64,000 nucleotides of DNA from a virus (Duplodnaviria > Heunggongvirae > Uroviricota > Caudoviricetes). A model generated the notes under the pieces. That model was given only the letters and a program-made list of their open reading frames with translations, ran no database searches and was not told where the DNA came from. A program made the translations under genes and the position numbers. Every line of letters starts with the position of its first letter. The first letter of the stretch is position 1. The DNA is taken from positions 1 to 64,000 of the IMG/VR virus record IMGVR_UViG_3300037424_000495; one strand, given 5' to 3'. This document shows positions 30,279 through 39,241 of this stretch, in pieces.

Positions 30279-30392
30279 ATGCTTGATTTATTATTTCCGC
30301 AATCAGATGACCGTGGTGACGAGTGGGATGAGGAAGATGACTTCCTTGAAGAAGCCGACGATTTAATGTATGAGGCGGCAGATGAAGTTTGA
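30279..30392 (+). CDS. small highly acidic protein (37 aa)
   Basis: MLDLLFPQSDDRGDEWDEEDDFLEEADDLMYEAADEV; below the ORF-track cutoff; lies in an otherwise ORF-poor stretch. Confidence 0.3.
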   Translation: MLDLLFPQSDDRGDEWDEEDDFLEEADDLMYEAADEV

Positions 30393-30685
30393 TTCTGTGG
30401 CAGTAGTAGCGTGTAATACGCCTTATGCAATACCCGAATCCCTGTATGGTTAAGACATCGCATAAAGAATGTAGTGGACCAAAGAAACGAAAATACAGAG
30501 TAAAAGCTAGGTGAACAAAGAAGTATTTTCGTCCCGCAAGGGAGTGGCTGAGCACAGACTCACGGCCACAAAATCCTAGCGGATGGAAGACGCATCGCAT
30601 CGGTCTCAAATCTACGAAGAGGGTGAAAGTTCCAGTCGGTTCTATTCCGACCTGCCACAGACTTATATCAATTGAGGAATATCTA

Positions 30686-30895
30686 ATGAATAGTTTTATG
30701 CCTAATCCTCTTGGTTACCCTGTTTCACGCGACTGGGAAGAAATTGATTGCAATGCAGCCGCTTGCATAAACAACCGCGAGGGTAAGTGTCTTGTGCCTT
30801 CATTGGCGAAGATCAATGTCGCGGGACGTTGTGATGGGTATACACCTAAAATTGTAGATGATTTAATCAGGCAATATAAGGAGCAGTCAACTTGA
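30686..30895 (+). CDS. small Cys-rich hypothetical protein
   Basis: GAGGAA RBS; Cys-containing motifs CNAAACINNREGKC...GRCDGY. Confidence 0.45.
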   Translation: MNSFMPNPLGYPVSRDWEEIDCNAAACINNREGKCLVPSLAKINVAGRCDGYTPKIVDDLIRQYKEQST

Positions 30896-31686
30896 AAACA
30901 TTTGCAATTAGTGATTTGCATTGTGGTGACGGAGGTCCGCGTGACAACTTCGCTTGCGGCAACCATGAGAAGGATTTGCTTTCTTTCTTGGACATGGTCG
31001 AGGACGAAGGGGGCAAACTAGTCGTTGGTGGTGACTTATTTGAGTTGTGGCAAAGCAACATAAGTAAAGTCATCACTAAGCGAATTTGTCTTTTGGATCG
31101 GCTGGCGGCGATGGGTGCAATCTATGTCCTGGGGAATCATGATGCCGATCTTCGTTACTTCAAAAACTACGGCCGGCAATGGTTGAATCATCCGTTCTTT
31201 CGCACAATGTGTGATGAATACTTGCTGAATGTCAACGATACATTATTTTATTTCATTCACGGACATCAAGCAGACGCATATTGTGCGGGCGACACACCCG
31301 GCCTCGGACGCATCACTGCTATATACTCGGGACTTGCTGAGGATAAAAACGGTAGCCCGATGTTAGACAAGTATCGAACGGTTGAAGACAAGGTAGTTGG
31401 TCGCCTTGAAAAGCTGGTTAGCTTGTGGAATAGATTTCGGGGTAAACCAGATCGTTTCACAGAAATCAATCGTGCGTTACGGTATCAAGTGGCTAAATAT
31501 GCAGCACATGCAGTAATCTGCGGACACACACATTTTCCCGGCCAGTACGGTGGTTGGTTGTATAACACTGGGACATGGGCGGAACGAACTAATAGTTTCG
31601 TTCGCATTGATGACGACGGTTCAATCAATGTTTTTGATTGGGCCAATGGACGCGCGACTTTGAATCATACTACGTTGCCAATGTAA
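30892..31686 (+). CDS. calcineurin-like metallophosphoesterase
   Basis: Motifs DLHCGDGG, GGDLFELW, LGNHDAD, FIHGHQ, ICGHTHFP. Confidence 0.7.
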   Translation: MKTFAISDLHCGDGGPRDNFACGNHEKDLLSFLDMVEDEGGKLVVGGDLFELWQSNISKVITKRICLLDRLAAMGAIYVLGNHDADLRYFKNYGRQWLNHPFFRTMCDEYLLNVNDTLFYFIHGHQADAYCAGDTPGLGRITAIYSGLAEDKNGSPMLDKYRTVEDKVVGRLEKLVSLWNRFRGKPDRFTEINRALRYQVAKYAAHAVICGHTHFPGQYGGWLYNTGTWAERTNSFVRIDDDGSINVFDWANGRATLNHTTLPM

Positions 31687-31691
31687 TTGTA

Positions 31692-32534
31692 ATGGTAATG
31701 AATCTTGAACCAATTCCACAATACTCCGCGTACCCGTTGCCGGTAAGCAGCGTTTATTATGACTCGGATTTTAATTGCCGGGCTGAGTTCACGATGCAAT
31801 CGGTTAAGGATTTAGCGGACAGTGTCGCGGAGAATGGTCTTCAGTTTCCTCTTGTCGTGCAACCCTGGAAAAAGCAGTCTGGTTATAGCTATCGTCTACT
31901 CGCAGGTCACAGACGGTTCAAGGCGTTGACAGTCTTTTTACATTGGGACACCGTGCCGAGTATCATTCGTAAAAGACTCACTGACCATCAAGCCCGTTTA
32001 ATAAATGTTACCGAGAATCTGGAACGCAAGGATTTGAATATCTGGGAAGAGGCGCGTGCTTTGGAACGACTCTACCCTAAAGGCGTGACGTTGCGACAGG
32101 CGTCGAAGGAACTGAAACAATCAACAGATTGGGTGTTTGTTCGTTTACGGTTGCTGCGTATGCCGCCTGAAGTGCAACAGAAAGCAGCGGCCGGTTTATT
32201 GTCTCAAACAAATTTAAACGCGATAGCGGGTTTAAAAAAACCGGAAGATCAAATTCTAGCCGCCGGTAAGATTGCTGCAGCGAGAATTGCTGGGAAAGGG
32301 AAGCGGCTCCCAGGCGTCGAAAGAGTGTTTAAACGCCGCACCGCCACGGTGCGTTCTAAGGAAGAAATCAATCGGATGGTTGAACGAATGTTGTCAGCCG
32401 GCATCGATGGATTGGCTCCACGGGTTGGGGTGTGGTGTGCTGGCAACATATCAGATGAAGATTTATGGGCAGACGTTGAAAGTGCTCCAAAATTTCATCC
32501 GCCTATTGATCCAACTGTAGAGGAAGAAACATGA
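31692..32534 (+). CDS. ParB-like nuclease domain protein (second copy)
   Basis: YRLLAGHRRFKALTV ParB N-terminal motif. Confidence 0.6.
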   Translation: MVMNLEPIPQYSAYPLPVSSVYYDSDFNCRAEFTMQSVKDLADSVAENGLQFPLVVQPWKKQSGYSYRLLAGHRRFKALTVFLHWDTVPSIIRKRLTDHQARLINVTENLERKDLNIWEEARALERLYPKGVTLRQASKELKQSTDWVFVRLRLLRMPPEVQQKAAAGLLSQTNLNAIAGLKKPEDQILAAGKIAAARIAGKGKRLPGVERVFKRRTATVRSKEEINRMVERMLSAGIDGLAPRVGVWCAGNISDEDLWADVESAPKFHPPIDPTVEEET

Positions 32535-32917
32535 GCGAGGATTATAACGCTAATTCGGAACCAACTCCGACTGATCCGGCTACTCTGCCACTTTACATCA
32601 ATCCAAAGATGCTTAAAAGGGGCACAGCGTTGATTTTGGCGGGTGAGTCAGATATTTATGAGTTGACTCTACTTTATCCTGAGCATGGCATCGCTGAGAT
32701 TACGTCGAACTTGCCGCCGCTGCGTGCAGTTACAGTGGGTCAGTTTCTCTTTAGCGTGCGCTGGGATCAACCGGGTGTACGTCGCAATGTTATTCAGCAA
32801 GGCTGGGCACTGATGTTGCGTTTTCGTAATGGCGAATATCAGACACAACCTATTTTGACGGCGAGTGTTCACGGTCAATGTGAAGACGGTAGCCGTTGGT
32901 CTTATGACGTATTCTAA
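32531..32917 (+). CDS. hypothetical protein
   Basis: ORF in track; overlapping stop/start with flanking genes. Confidence 0.45.
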   Translation: MSEDYNANSEPTPTDPATLPLYINPKMLKRGTALILAGESDIYELTLLYPEHGIAEITSNLPPLRAVTVGQFLFSVRWDQPGVRRNVIQQGWALMLRFRNGEYQTQPILTASVHGQCEDGSRWSYDVF

Positions 32918-32929
32918 TCGCGAGGTCGT

Positions 32930-35578
32930 ATGAGTCTTTATCCTCCAAAATTATATTTAGATACAGAGACCTGCGGGCTGCATAGCATGATGGTACTTTT
33001 GCAGTACGCTTTGGAAGACGGTGACATTGTCTTACATGACGTGTGGTTACGACCTGTTAAAGAAACCTTATCGCTTATTGAATGGATTTGTAAGCATACT
33101 GTTGTCGGTTTCAATCTTGCATTTGACTGGTTTCATATCTGTAAAATCTACACTGTTTTCAGTTTGTGTGATCCCGATTGGATTCCTATCGAACACATAG
33201 ACGAAATCGCTTTATTGGAGCCAAAGGGACAAGATGGGCCGTGTATAAAACCGGCTGCTTCTCTTGATTTGATGCTCCACTCTCGAAAAGGCCCCTTTCA
33301 ATCACTCATGGCGCGGGACGACATTCGCATTAAGCGGGTGCCGACCGCGTTGGCCTATGCGCTGGCTGAAGAATTGGAAAGCCGAGTGCATTTGGACGAC
33401 ATCTATTTTGCCAAGTCAGCGGACCCGGATGCACCTCGGTGGCAAGTTTTTGACCGCAAGGATAGATGGGGCGACATTGATACTGACTTTAAAGATGTTG
33501 TTCTTCGTTTCAATCCTGCCGGCGGTTTGAAATTTTTAGCTGAGCATGTTCTGGGTTATAAGCCTAAATTTCATTTCAAGGATGTTGAACCTCCTACGTC
33601 TTGGCGGCCATACGAATTGGGTTATGCACCTACGGCTTTAGCTGTGTCCACACCTGAAAAGAATTGGGAAGTCTGGGGCGTCAAAAAGGGGAAGCCAAAG
33701 TTTCTAGATGAAGCCACCAGTGATCTCAGTGCTGATATGGTTGATGACCATGATGATGACCGCATTACGAAAGTTGATCCTGAGTCTAAATTATTGGGTG
33801 TAGCGTGGCCAGCCGTAATTCGCAAGCATGTTGAACACTGGGCAAATTCCCAAAATGCACGGGAATACGCCAATGATGATATTGTCTACACGCGGGGGTT
33901 GGATAAGCATTTCGGCAGCCCGGAGCCGAACGATGATGACTCCGTTTTGGCGTGCATGGTGCCGGCTGTACGTTGGCACGGCTTCAAGATTGACCGTGAA
34001 GGCGTCATAGAATTATTACGCAAAGCCTATAAAGTAGTTCTCGACAGTCCAGTTAACATCAATAAACCAGGTGACGTTCGTGCTTATGTGACAGCGGCAA
34101 TGGACGATGTTGAGGCGGTCATTCTGGAAGAATCGACAAAGAAAAGCAATCTGGAAGCGATTCTCGATTGGGAAATTCTTGCTGATGAACCATGTAGTAA
34201 GTGTCACGGCAACGATCCGAAATGTGCGCGTTGCGGTGGTACAGGCATCTTGAAGGTAGGTAAACATCCGGCAGCCCTTCGTGCGAAGGAAATTCTCAAT
34301 GTGAAGTTCGCTGCGAAAGAGGTAGAGTTATACAACAAATTGCTTATGGCGGGTAAGTTTCACGCCAGTTTTGTTGTGATTGGTGCATTGTCCTCGCGTA
34401 TGTCCGGGGCTGATGGCTTGAATCCCCAGGGCATCAAGCACACAAAAGAAGTTCGTTGCATGTTCCCGTTGGCGTGGGAAGGGACAGTTCTGTGTGGAGG
34501 TGACTTCGATTCGTTTGAGGTTACGTTAGCGGACGCTGTTTACAACGATCCGGCCTTGCGACGTGAGTTATTGAGTAAAGTACCGTGCCATAAATGCGGT
34601 TTGACTGGGTGGCAGGCGTGCAAGAAATGCTCGAAGAAGCATAAGCGTCCACATCCTGACTGCCCGGAATGCGGTAAAGGACAACTCGGCCCGTGCGAAG
34701 AGTGTGAGGGGACAACTTGGACCCGCAAGAAAATCCATGCTTTATTCGGGACTGCTTTGTCCGGTTTGACATACAACGAGGTCATGGCTTCGTCTGGCAC
34801 TGACGCCGATTGGTATGATAAGGGTAAACGCGGTGTATTCGCCATGATTTATGGTGGCGATTGGAATACTTTGGTTCAAAAGTTAGGCGTTACACCCGAA
34901 CGTGCTAAAGCGGCTTACGATAAATTCTGCTCTGATTATCCTGGCGTGTTCAAGGCGCGGCAAAAGACGTTTAATGCGTTCTGCTCAATGAAGCAACCGG
35001 CTGGCCTTGGTTCTGCCGTCGTCTGGGAAGACCCTGTAGACTATGCAATTACGTTCTTAGGATTTAAGCGGTACTTTACGCTTGAAAACAAGATTTGCAA
35101 GGCATTGTTTGATTTAGCCCGCAACATTCCCAAACATTGGAAAGCTTGCAAGGTTAAAGTCGTTCGGCGCGATCGTGTTCAAACAGCCGGCGGGGCGGTT
35201 GCGTCCGCTCTTTACGGGGCAGCGTTTCAGATGCAAGCGGCAAACATGCGTGCGGCAGCGAACCATGAAATTCAATCGCCCGGTGCTCAAATTACAAAGC
35301 GTGTACAACGTCGAGTTTGGGACTTGCAACCAGTCGGTATCCATCCGTTACAAATTGCCATTCTCAATGTCCACGATGAACTTATGACTGTAGCCGCTCC
35401 GCTTCTTGTTACAAGCATCACGGAGGTGGTTCGTGAATCCGTGGAATCATTCCGACCGCAAGTGCCACTGATCGGCATGACATGGTTCGAGGGGATGGAT
35501 AACTGGGCTGAGAAGAAGGGGGGAGCAACGCCGGTAAGGATTCGCTCGAAAGAAATGGAAATGGCAGTTTCAATATAA
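32930..35578 (+). CDS. family A DNA polymerase with N-terminal 3'-5' exonuclease domain and zinc-finger insertions
   Basis: Exo I YLDTETCGL; Pol A motif B KRGVFAMIYGG and motif C NVHDELM; Cys clusters CSKCHGNDPKCARCGGTG and CHKCGLTGWQACKKC...CPECGKGQLGPCEEC. Confidence 0.75.
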   Translation: MSLYPPKLYLDTETCGLHSMMVLLQYALEDGDIVLHDVWLRPVKETLSLIEWICKHTVVGFNLAFDWFHICKIYTVFSLCDPDWIPIEHIDEIALLEPKGQDGPCIKPAASLDLMLHSRKGPFQSLMARDDIRIKRVPTALAYALAEELESRVHLDDIYFAKSADPDAPRWQVFDRKDRWGDIDTDFKDVVLRFNPAGGLKFLAEHVLGYKPKFHFKDVEPPTSWRPYELGYAPTALAVSTPEKNWEVWGVKKGKPKFLDEATSDLSADMVDDHDDDRITKVDPESKLLGVAWPAVIRKHVEHWANSQNAREYANDDIVYTRGLDKHFGSPEPNDDDSVLACMVPAVRWHGFKIDREGVIELLRKAYKVVLDSPVNINKPGDVRAYVTAAMDDVEAVILEESTKKSNLEAILDWEILADEPCSKCHGNDPKCARCGGTGILKVGKHPAALRAKEILNVKFAAKEVELYNKLLMAGKFHASFVVIGALSSRMSGADGLNPQGIKHTKEVRCMFPLAWEGTVLCGGDFDSFEVTLADAVYNDPALRRELLSKVPCHKCGLTGWQACKKCSKKHKRPHPDCPECGKGQLGPCEECEGTTWTRKKIHALFGTALSGLTYNEVMASSGTDADWYDKGKRGVFAMIYGGDWNTLVQKLGVTPERAKAAYDKFCSDYPGVFKARQKTFNAFCSMKQPAGLGSAVVWEDPVDYAITFLGFKRYFTLENKICKALFDLARNIPKHWKACKVKVVRRDRVQTAGGAVASALYGAAFQMQAANMRAAANHEIQSPGAQITKRVQRRVWDLQPVGIHPLQIAILNVHDELMTVAAPLLVTSITEVVRESVESFRPQVPLIGMTWFEGMDNWAEKKGGATPVRIRSKEMEMAVSI

Positions 35579-35583
35579 GCTAA

Positions 35584-35610
35584 TCGAGAGGAAATCGAGA
35601 GGAAATCGAG
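35584..35610 (+). repeat. tandem 12-nt repeat overlapping the RBS of the next gene
   Basis: CGAGAGGAAATCGAGAGGAAATCGAG immediately upstream of ATG 35611. Confidence 0.5.
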
Positions 35611-36000
35611 ATGGGAAACTGGAATATCACTATACAAGGGATTGGTAGTCACGGTAACGGTAAACCTGAAATCGACGCTGATTTATTGGCTGTGGATTTT
35701 GTGAATTATCTACAGTCAAGGGGCCAAATAATAGAATCGGCTAGTTTTACCTGTGGTGGAAAAGTCGATTTGATTGAAAAGAGTGGGCGTGTGAAAATAC
35801 TGGTCAACGGCGTTTCTTATAAATCTCTACATACAGTGTCTTATGAAGAGGTAAAGAAACTAGCAGGATTCATTGCCCCAGTCGTTACTATAACATTCCG
35901 AAAAGCAAAGTTTGAAAACGCAGGGATTCTTGGACTGGGGCAATCTATCAAAGTCATCGATGGAACAATCTTTGACGTGGCTGATACAAGTAATGTTTAA
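35611..36000 (+). CDS. hypothetical protein
   Basis: ORF in track with GAGG-containing RBS. Confidence 0.5.
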   Translation: MGNWNITIQGIGSHGNGKPEIDADLLAVDFVNYLQSRGQIIESASFTCGGKVDLIEKSGRVKILVNGVSYKSLHTVSYEEVKKLAGFIAPVVTITFRKAKFENAGILGLGQSIKVIDGTIFDVADTSNV

Positions 36001-36017
36001 TTACTGCGTCAACAGCA

Positions 36018-36986
36018 GTGTCAACTATGGTAAGCAACAATGTGGATATACATACCCTCAGCCTGTGCTCCGGCGGTGCCGGACTCGATCTTGGACTTGA
36101 ATTGGCTCTCGGAGCAGTTCGCACAGTCTGTTGGGTGGAGTGGGAAGCCTTCGCCATCGAGTACCTGGCGTCGGCGATGCAAGCGGGTTGCTTGGCTCAA
36201 GCGCCTATTTGGACGAATTTGCGAACCTTCGACGGCCGCCCGTGGCGTGGCGTCGTGGATTGCATCACTGCAGGGTATCCTTGCCAACCGTTCAGTTTGG
36301 CCGGTAAGCGTCGTGGACAAGCTGACCCAAGACATCTATGGCCACATGTCTGTAGAGTCATTGAAGAAGTTGAACCAACACTCGTATTTCTCGAAAACGT
36401 GCCCGGCCATCTCACCCTTGGATTCGATGAGGTCGCCCGAGACCTTGAAAGTTTGGATTACAAAGTTGCGGCGGGTCTCTTTACAGCGGAGGAAGTTGGC
36501 GCAAGCCACAAACGAGAACGATTGTTTACCCTTGGCGTGGCCATCACCTCGCACAATTACTGGAGGAGCAGAATCGGCTCAACGGAAGAAAGAATTGGGC
36601 AGGTTGAATGCGGGCGGCGGGGATTTGCAGGCGGCAGTAATCAATTGGCCGACGCCCACGGCGCGAGATTGGAAGGACGGAGCGTGCGAGAATGCAAATG
36701 TCCCGGACAATGGATTATTGGGTCGAGTAGTAGTGCGACAGCACACACACACACACACAACTATTCCCACCAAGACCCAATGAACTCGATAAATGGTCTC
36801 AAGTGCTCAAAGAAAACCCGTGCCTCAGCCCCGCGATTGAATCCGGTGTTTGTGGACTGGTTGATGGGTTGGCCCGAACTGAATGGCTTCGACTTCTCGG
36901 CAACGGAGTGGTCCCGTTACAAGCAGCGTATGCGTTCTGCTCTTTGTGGGCTTCTATCCGAGGTGAGTAATGGGAAAGATTCGTAA
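36018..36986 (+). CDS. DNA (cytosine-5)-methyltransferase, frame-disrupted; candidate phase-variable gene or pseudogene
   Basis: Frame 0 has motif I LSLCSGGAGLDLG, motif IV GYPCQPFSLAG, motif VI FLENV, motif VIII HKRERLFTLGV. TRD-like WPSPRTITGG / NWPTPTARDWKDG repeats are in frame +1 (track ORF 36040-36783). Motif IX FVDWLMGWP is back in frame 0, and an LLGNGVVPLQAAYAF motif X-like stretch is in frame +2. Confidence 0.55.
   Translation: MSTMVSNNVDIHTLSLCSGGAGLDLGLELALGAVRTVCWVEWEAFAIEYLASAMQAGCLAQAPIWTNLRTFDGRPWRGVVDCITAGYPCQPFSLAGKRRGQADPRHLWPHVCRVIEEVEPTLVFLENVPGHLTLGFDEVARDLESLDYKVAAGLFTAEEVGASHKRERLFTLGVAITSHNYWRSRIGSTEERIGQVECGRRGFAGGSNQLADAHGARLEGRSVRECKCPGQWIIGSSSSATAHTHTHNYSHQDPMNSINGLKCSKKTRASAPRLNPVFVDWLMGWPELNGFDFSATEWSRYKQRMRSALCGLLSEVSNGKDS
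36742..36757 (+). repeat. (CA)8 dinucleotide microsatellite inside the C5-MTase gene at a frame junction
   Basis: GCACACACACACACACAACT, read as HTHTH / HTHTHT in the two frames. Confidence 0.8.
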
Positions 36987-37013
36987 ACCGCGCCTTGCGA
37001 AGGTGGTAGGCTG

Positions 37014-37421
37014 ATGGCAAGAATCAAACGACCAAAACACGGCCCCGAGTGGTTCATTCAAAGAGACTTGATCGCCCTTCTCAAGGCCCGTGGGTGGCAT
37101 GTCGAACGGACGCATGGCAATTTGTATCAGACAGGTTTCCCTGACTTGTATGTAATGCACAAGAAATGGGGAACTCGGTGGATCGACTGCAAACAACCAA
37201 AATACTATTCGTTTACGAAGGCTCAGAGGATCAAATGGCCACTGTGGGAGGCGATGGGCACTCCAATCTGGATTCTTACTGCTGCGACTCAGGAAGAGTA
37301 TGACAAGTTGATGGGGCCTCCGAACTGGCGAGATTACGTGAAGGATAGTTGGAAGATTCCAACTCAAGATGAGATCGACAAACTACTTGATGAGATAGAT
37401 GCCGGCGACGACTTCTTATAA
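37014..37421 (+). CDS. VRR-NUC domain nuclease
   Basis: Pattern EWFIQRDLIALLKARGWHVERTH...GFPDLYVMHKK...WIDCKQ matches the VRR-NUC PD-(D/E)xK layout. Confidence 0.65.
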   Translation: MARIKRPKHGPEWFIQRDLIALLKARGWHVERTHGNLYQTGFPDLYVMHKKWGTRWIDCKQPKYYSFTKAQRIKWPLWEAMGTPIWILTAATQEEYDKLMGPPNWRDYVKDSWKIPTQDEIDKLLDEIDAGDDFL

Positions 37422-37911
37422 CAAGAATCCAGACCATTACCGCGCTAAGTCGCGGGAGTATTATGCTGCGCATCGTAAAGAACGATTGGCTTATGCCAGA
37501 CGCTATCAGAAAGCCAACAAGAAACTTTTACGTGAGAAAAGCCGTGTTTACCGTGAAGCCAATCGTGACATAATAAATGCGAAACAGCGTGCTTATCGAG
37601 AGAGCAATCTTGAAAAGCGGCGTGCGTATTCACGCGAATACGGGCGTGCCCATCCACGGCGGGCACGTAATTATGGGTTGTGGTATCGACACGGGCTGTC
37701 CGTAGCTGATTATCGTGCCTTGCTTAAGAGGCAGAAACATTGTTGTGCCGTGTGCGGAAAGAAACCTCGCAAATATGTGGTTGATCATGACCATAAGACT
37801 GGGAAGATTCGTGGTCTGCTGTGTAGCTTTTGCAATTCGCTGCTGGGATTTGCAAAGGATAACCGCAGTGTCTTGAAAGCAGCCATCCACTATTTAAGCA
37901 AAACTGGCTGA
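37399..37911 (+). CDS. HNH endonuclease, recombination endonuclease VII-like
   Basis: CAVCGKKPRKYVVDHDHKTGKIRGLLCSFCNSLLG signature; basic N-terminus with repeats. Confidence 0.75.
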   Translation: MPATTSYNKNPDHYRAKSREYYAAHRKERLAYARRYQKANKKLLREKSRVYREANRDIINAKQRAYRESNLEKRRAYSREYGRAHPRRARNYGLWYRHGLSVADYRALLKRQKHCCAVCGKKPRKYVVDHDHKTGKIRGLLCSFCNSLLGFAKDNRSVLKAAIHYLSKTG

Positions 37912-37963
37912 GTACCCGTCTCCAACTTGCTATCAAGCGCTAACCGGCTAGGAGTCTGCGCCC

Positions 37964-38455
37964 ATGCTATTTCAACAACGTCCCGAACCGTGGATGTGTA
38001 TGCCATTAGCGTTCGCAATGGCATTGGACATGCCTGTTGCTGAATTGCTTGCGGAGATCGGCCACGATGGCGGCAAGATTTTATTTCCCAATCTGCCGGC
38101 TGAAGCCTGTCGTCAAGGATTTCATATCCAAGAATTTATTCATGTAGCTATGCAACGTGGATTCGCTGTGACGCCGGTTGAATTGTATCCCGTTTTAATG
38201 GCAGCCGATGGGCGACAGACTCACACAATTCTTTATCCAGATAGCAACTGGAAGCGTTTTACAGACCACCTTGCTACTAGTCGGGGCGTGATTGACGGAA
38301 TTGGTCGTCGTTTCGGTCACATGGTCGCCTATGACCACGGCCACATCTTTGATCCTAGAGGCTATGAGTATGCCTACTCGCGCATCGCGTGTGAGGCACA
38401 CCATTTTTACAGCCGTTGTCTTTGGCGTATTGACGCAGTAGGAGTAAATCAATGA
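37964..38455 (+). CDS. hypothetical protein
   Basis: ORF in track. Confidence 0.45.
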   Translation: MLFQQRPEPWMCMPLAFAMALDMPVAELLAEIGHDGGKILFPNLPAEACRQGFHIQEFIHVAMQRGFAVTPVELYPVLMAADGRQTHTILYPDSNWKRFTDHLATSRGVIDGIGRRFGHMVAYDHGHIFDPRGYEYAYSRIACEAHHFYSRCLWRIDAVGVNQ

Positions 38456-39162
38456 ATCAATATAGCAATTCGCAACTAATTGCGGAGATGAAGCAAAATG
38501 ACTCCCTCAATCGAGAAGACAATGACACATTGTTTGAATTGGTTAAGGCCGGCGATACTGCTGCTCGCGAACGAATGATTACAGGCAACATGTATCTTGT
38601 TGTAGATAAGGTTGATTGTTTTCTTCGACGCCATCCACATGCTACACATCTGCGAGATGACTTGACTAGCGCAGGTTTCATCGGACTTCTACAGGCCGTT
38701 AACGCGATTAGTGGCGGCAATGTCGCGAAAACAAATATTACTGGGTATCTTGCCGTGGGGATTGGTCGTGAAATGAGTGAGTTGATGGATCAAGAAAATG
38801 TAATCTTTATAAGTGCCGGCCAGCGTCGCTATGCACGCGAGCACGGTTACGAGTTAGAAATTCCAAAGGTGCAAACATTGCCCTCTGATAAAGATAAACA
38901 TTACGATCCGAATGACGACGGACAATTAGCTGACAATGAAACTTTGCCGGTCGGCAGTGATTTTGGTTACTATCCATTCGGAGCGACAGAAGTGCGTGAT
39001 TTACTAGACGCCTGCTGTCAAACACATGAAGAACGTGAATTTATGTGGTTGCGTGAGGCAGGTTACACGTTTAAAGAGATTTCGGGAAAATTAAAGATGC
39101 CTGTGGCATCTGTCCACGCAATTAAAACACGACTCTATCAAAGATTCTTGCGAAAATCTTAA
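38452..39162 (+). CDS. sigma-70 family (ECF-like) RNA polymerase sigma factor
   Basis: Region 2-like NMYLVVDKVDCFLRRHP and C-terminal region 4 HTH YTFKEISGKLKMPVASVHAIKTRLYQRF. Confidence 0.55.
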   Translation: MNQYSNSQLIAEMKQNDSLNREDNDTLFELVKAGDTAARERMITGNMYLVVDKVDCFLRRHPHATHLRDDLTSAGFIGLLQAVNAISGGNVAKTNITGYLAVGIGREMSELMDQENVIFISAGQRRYAREHGYELEIPKVQTLPSDKDKHYDPNDDGQLADNETLPVGSDFGYYPFGATEVRDLLDACCQTHEEREFMWLREAGYTFKEISGKLKMPVASVHAIKTRLYQRFLRKS

Positions 39163-39241
39163 ATTAGCACTCCAATAATATTCCCTTCCAGTGATTCAAC
39201 TTTAGAAAACAAAGTATGCAATCATTCACTGGATGTAACAA

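Noticed and set aside
30585-30660. Possible tRNA suggested by the GTCGG-TTCTATT-CCGAC hairpin
   Set aside because: No matching acceptor stem or D-arm, and the T-loop is non-canonical (pyrimidine at the conserved purine position).
36040-36783. 247-aa ORF overlapping the C5-MTase in the +1 frame as an independent gene
   Set aside because: Its only recognisable content (WPSPRT.. / WPTPTARDWKDG) is the target-recognition region of the same C5-MTase. It is better explained as a frame-shifted segment of that gene than as a separate protein.
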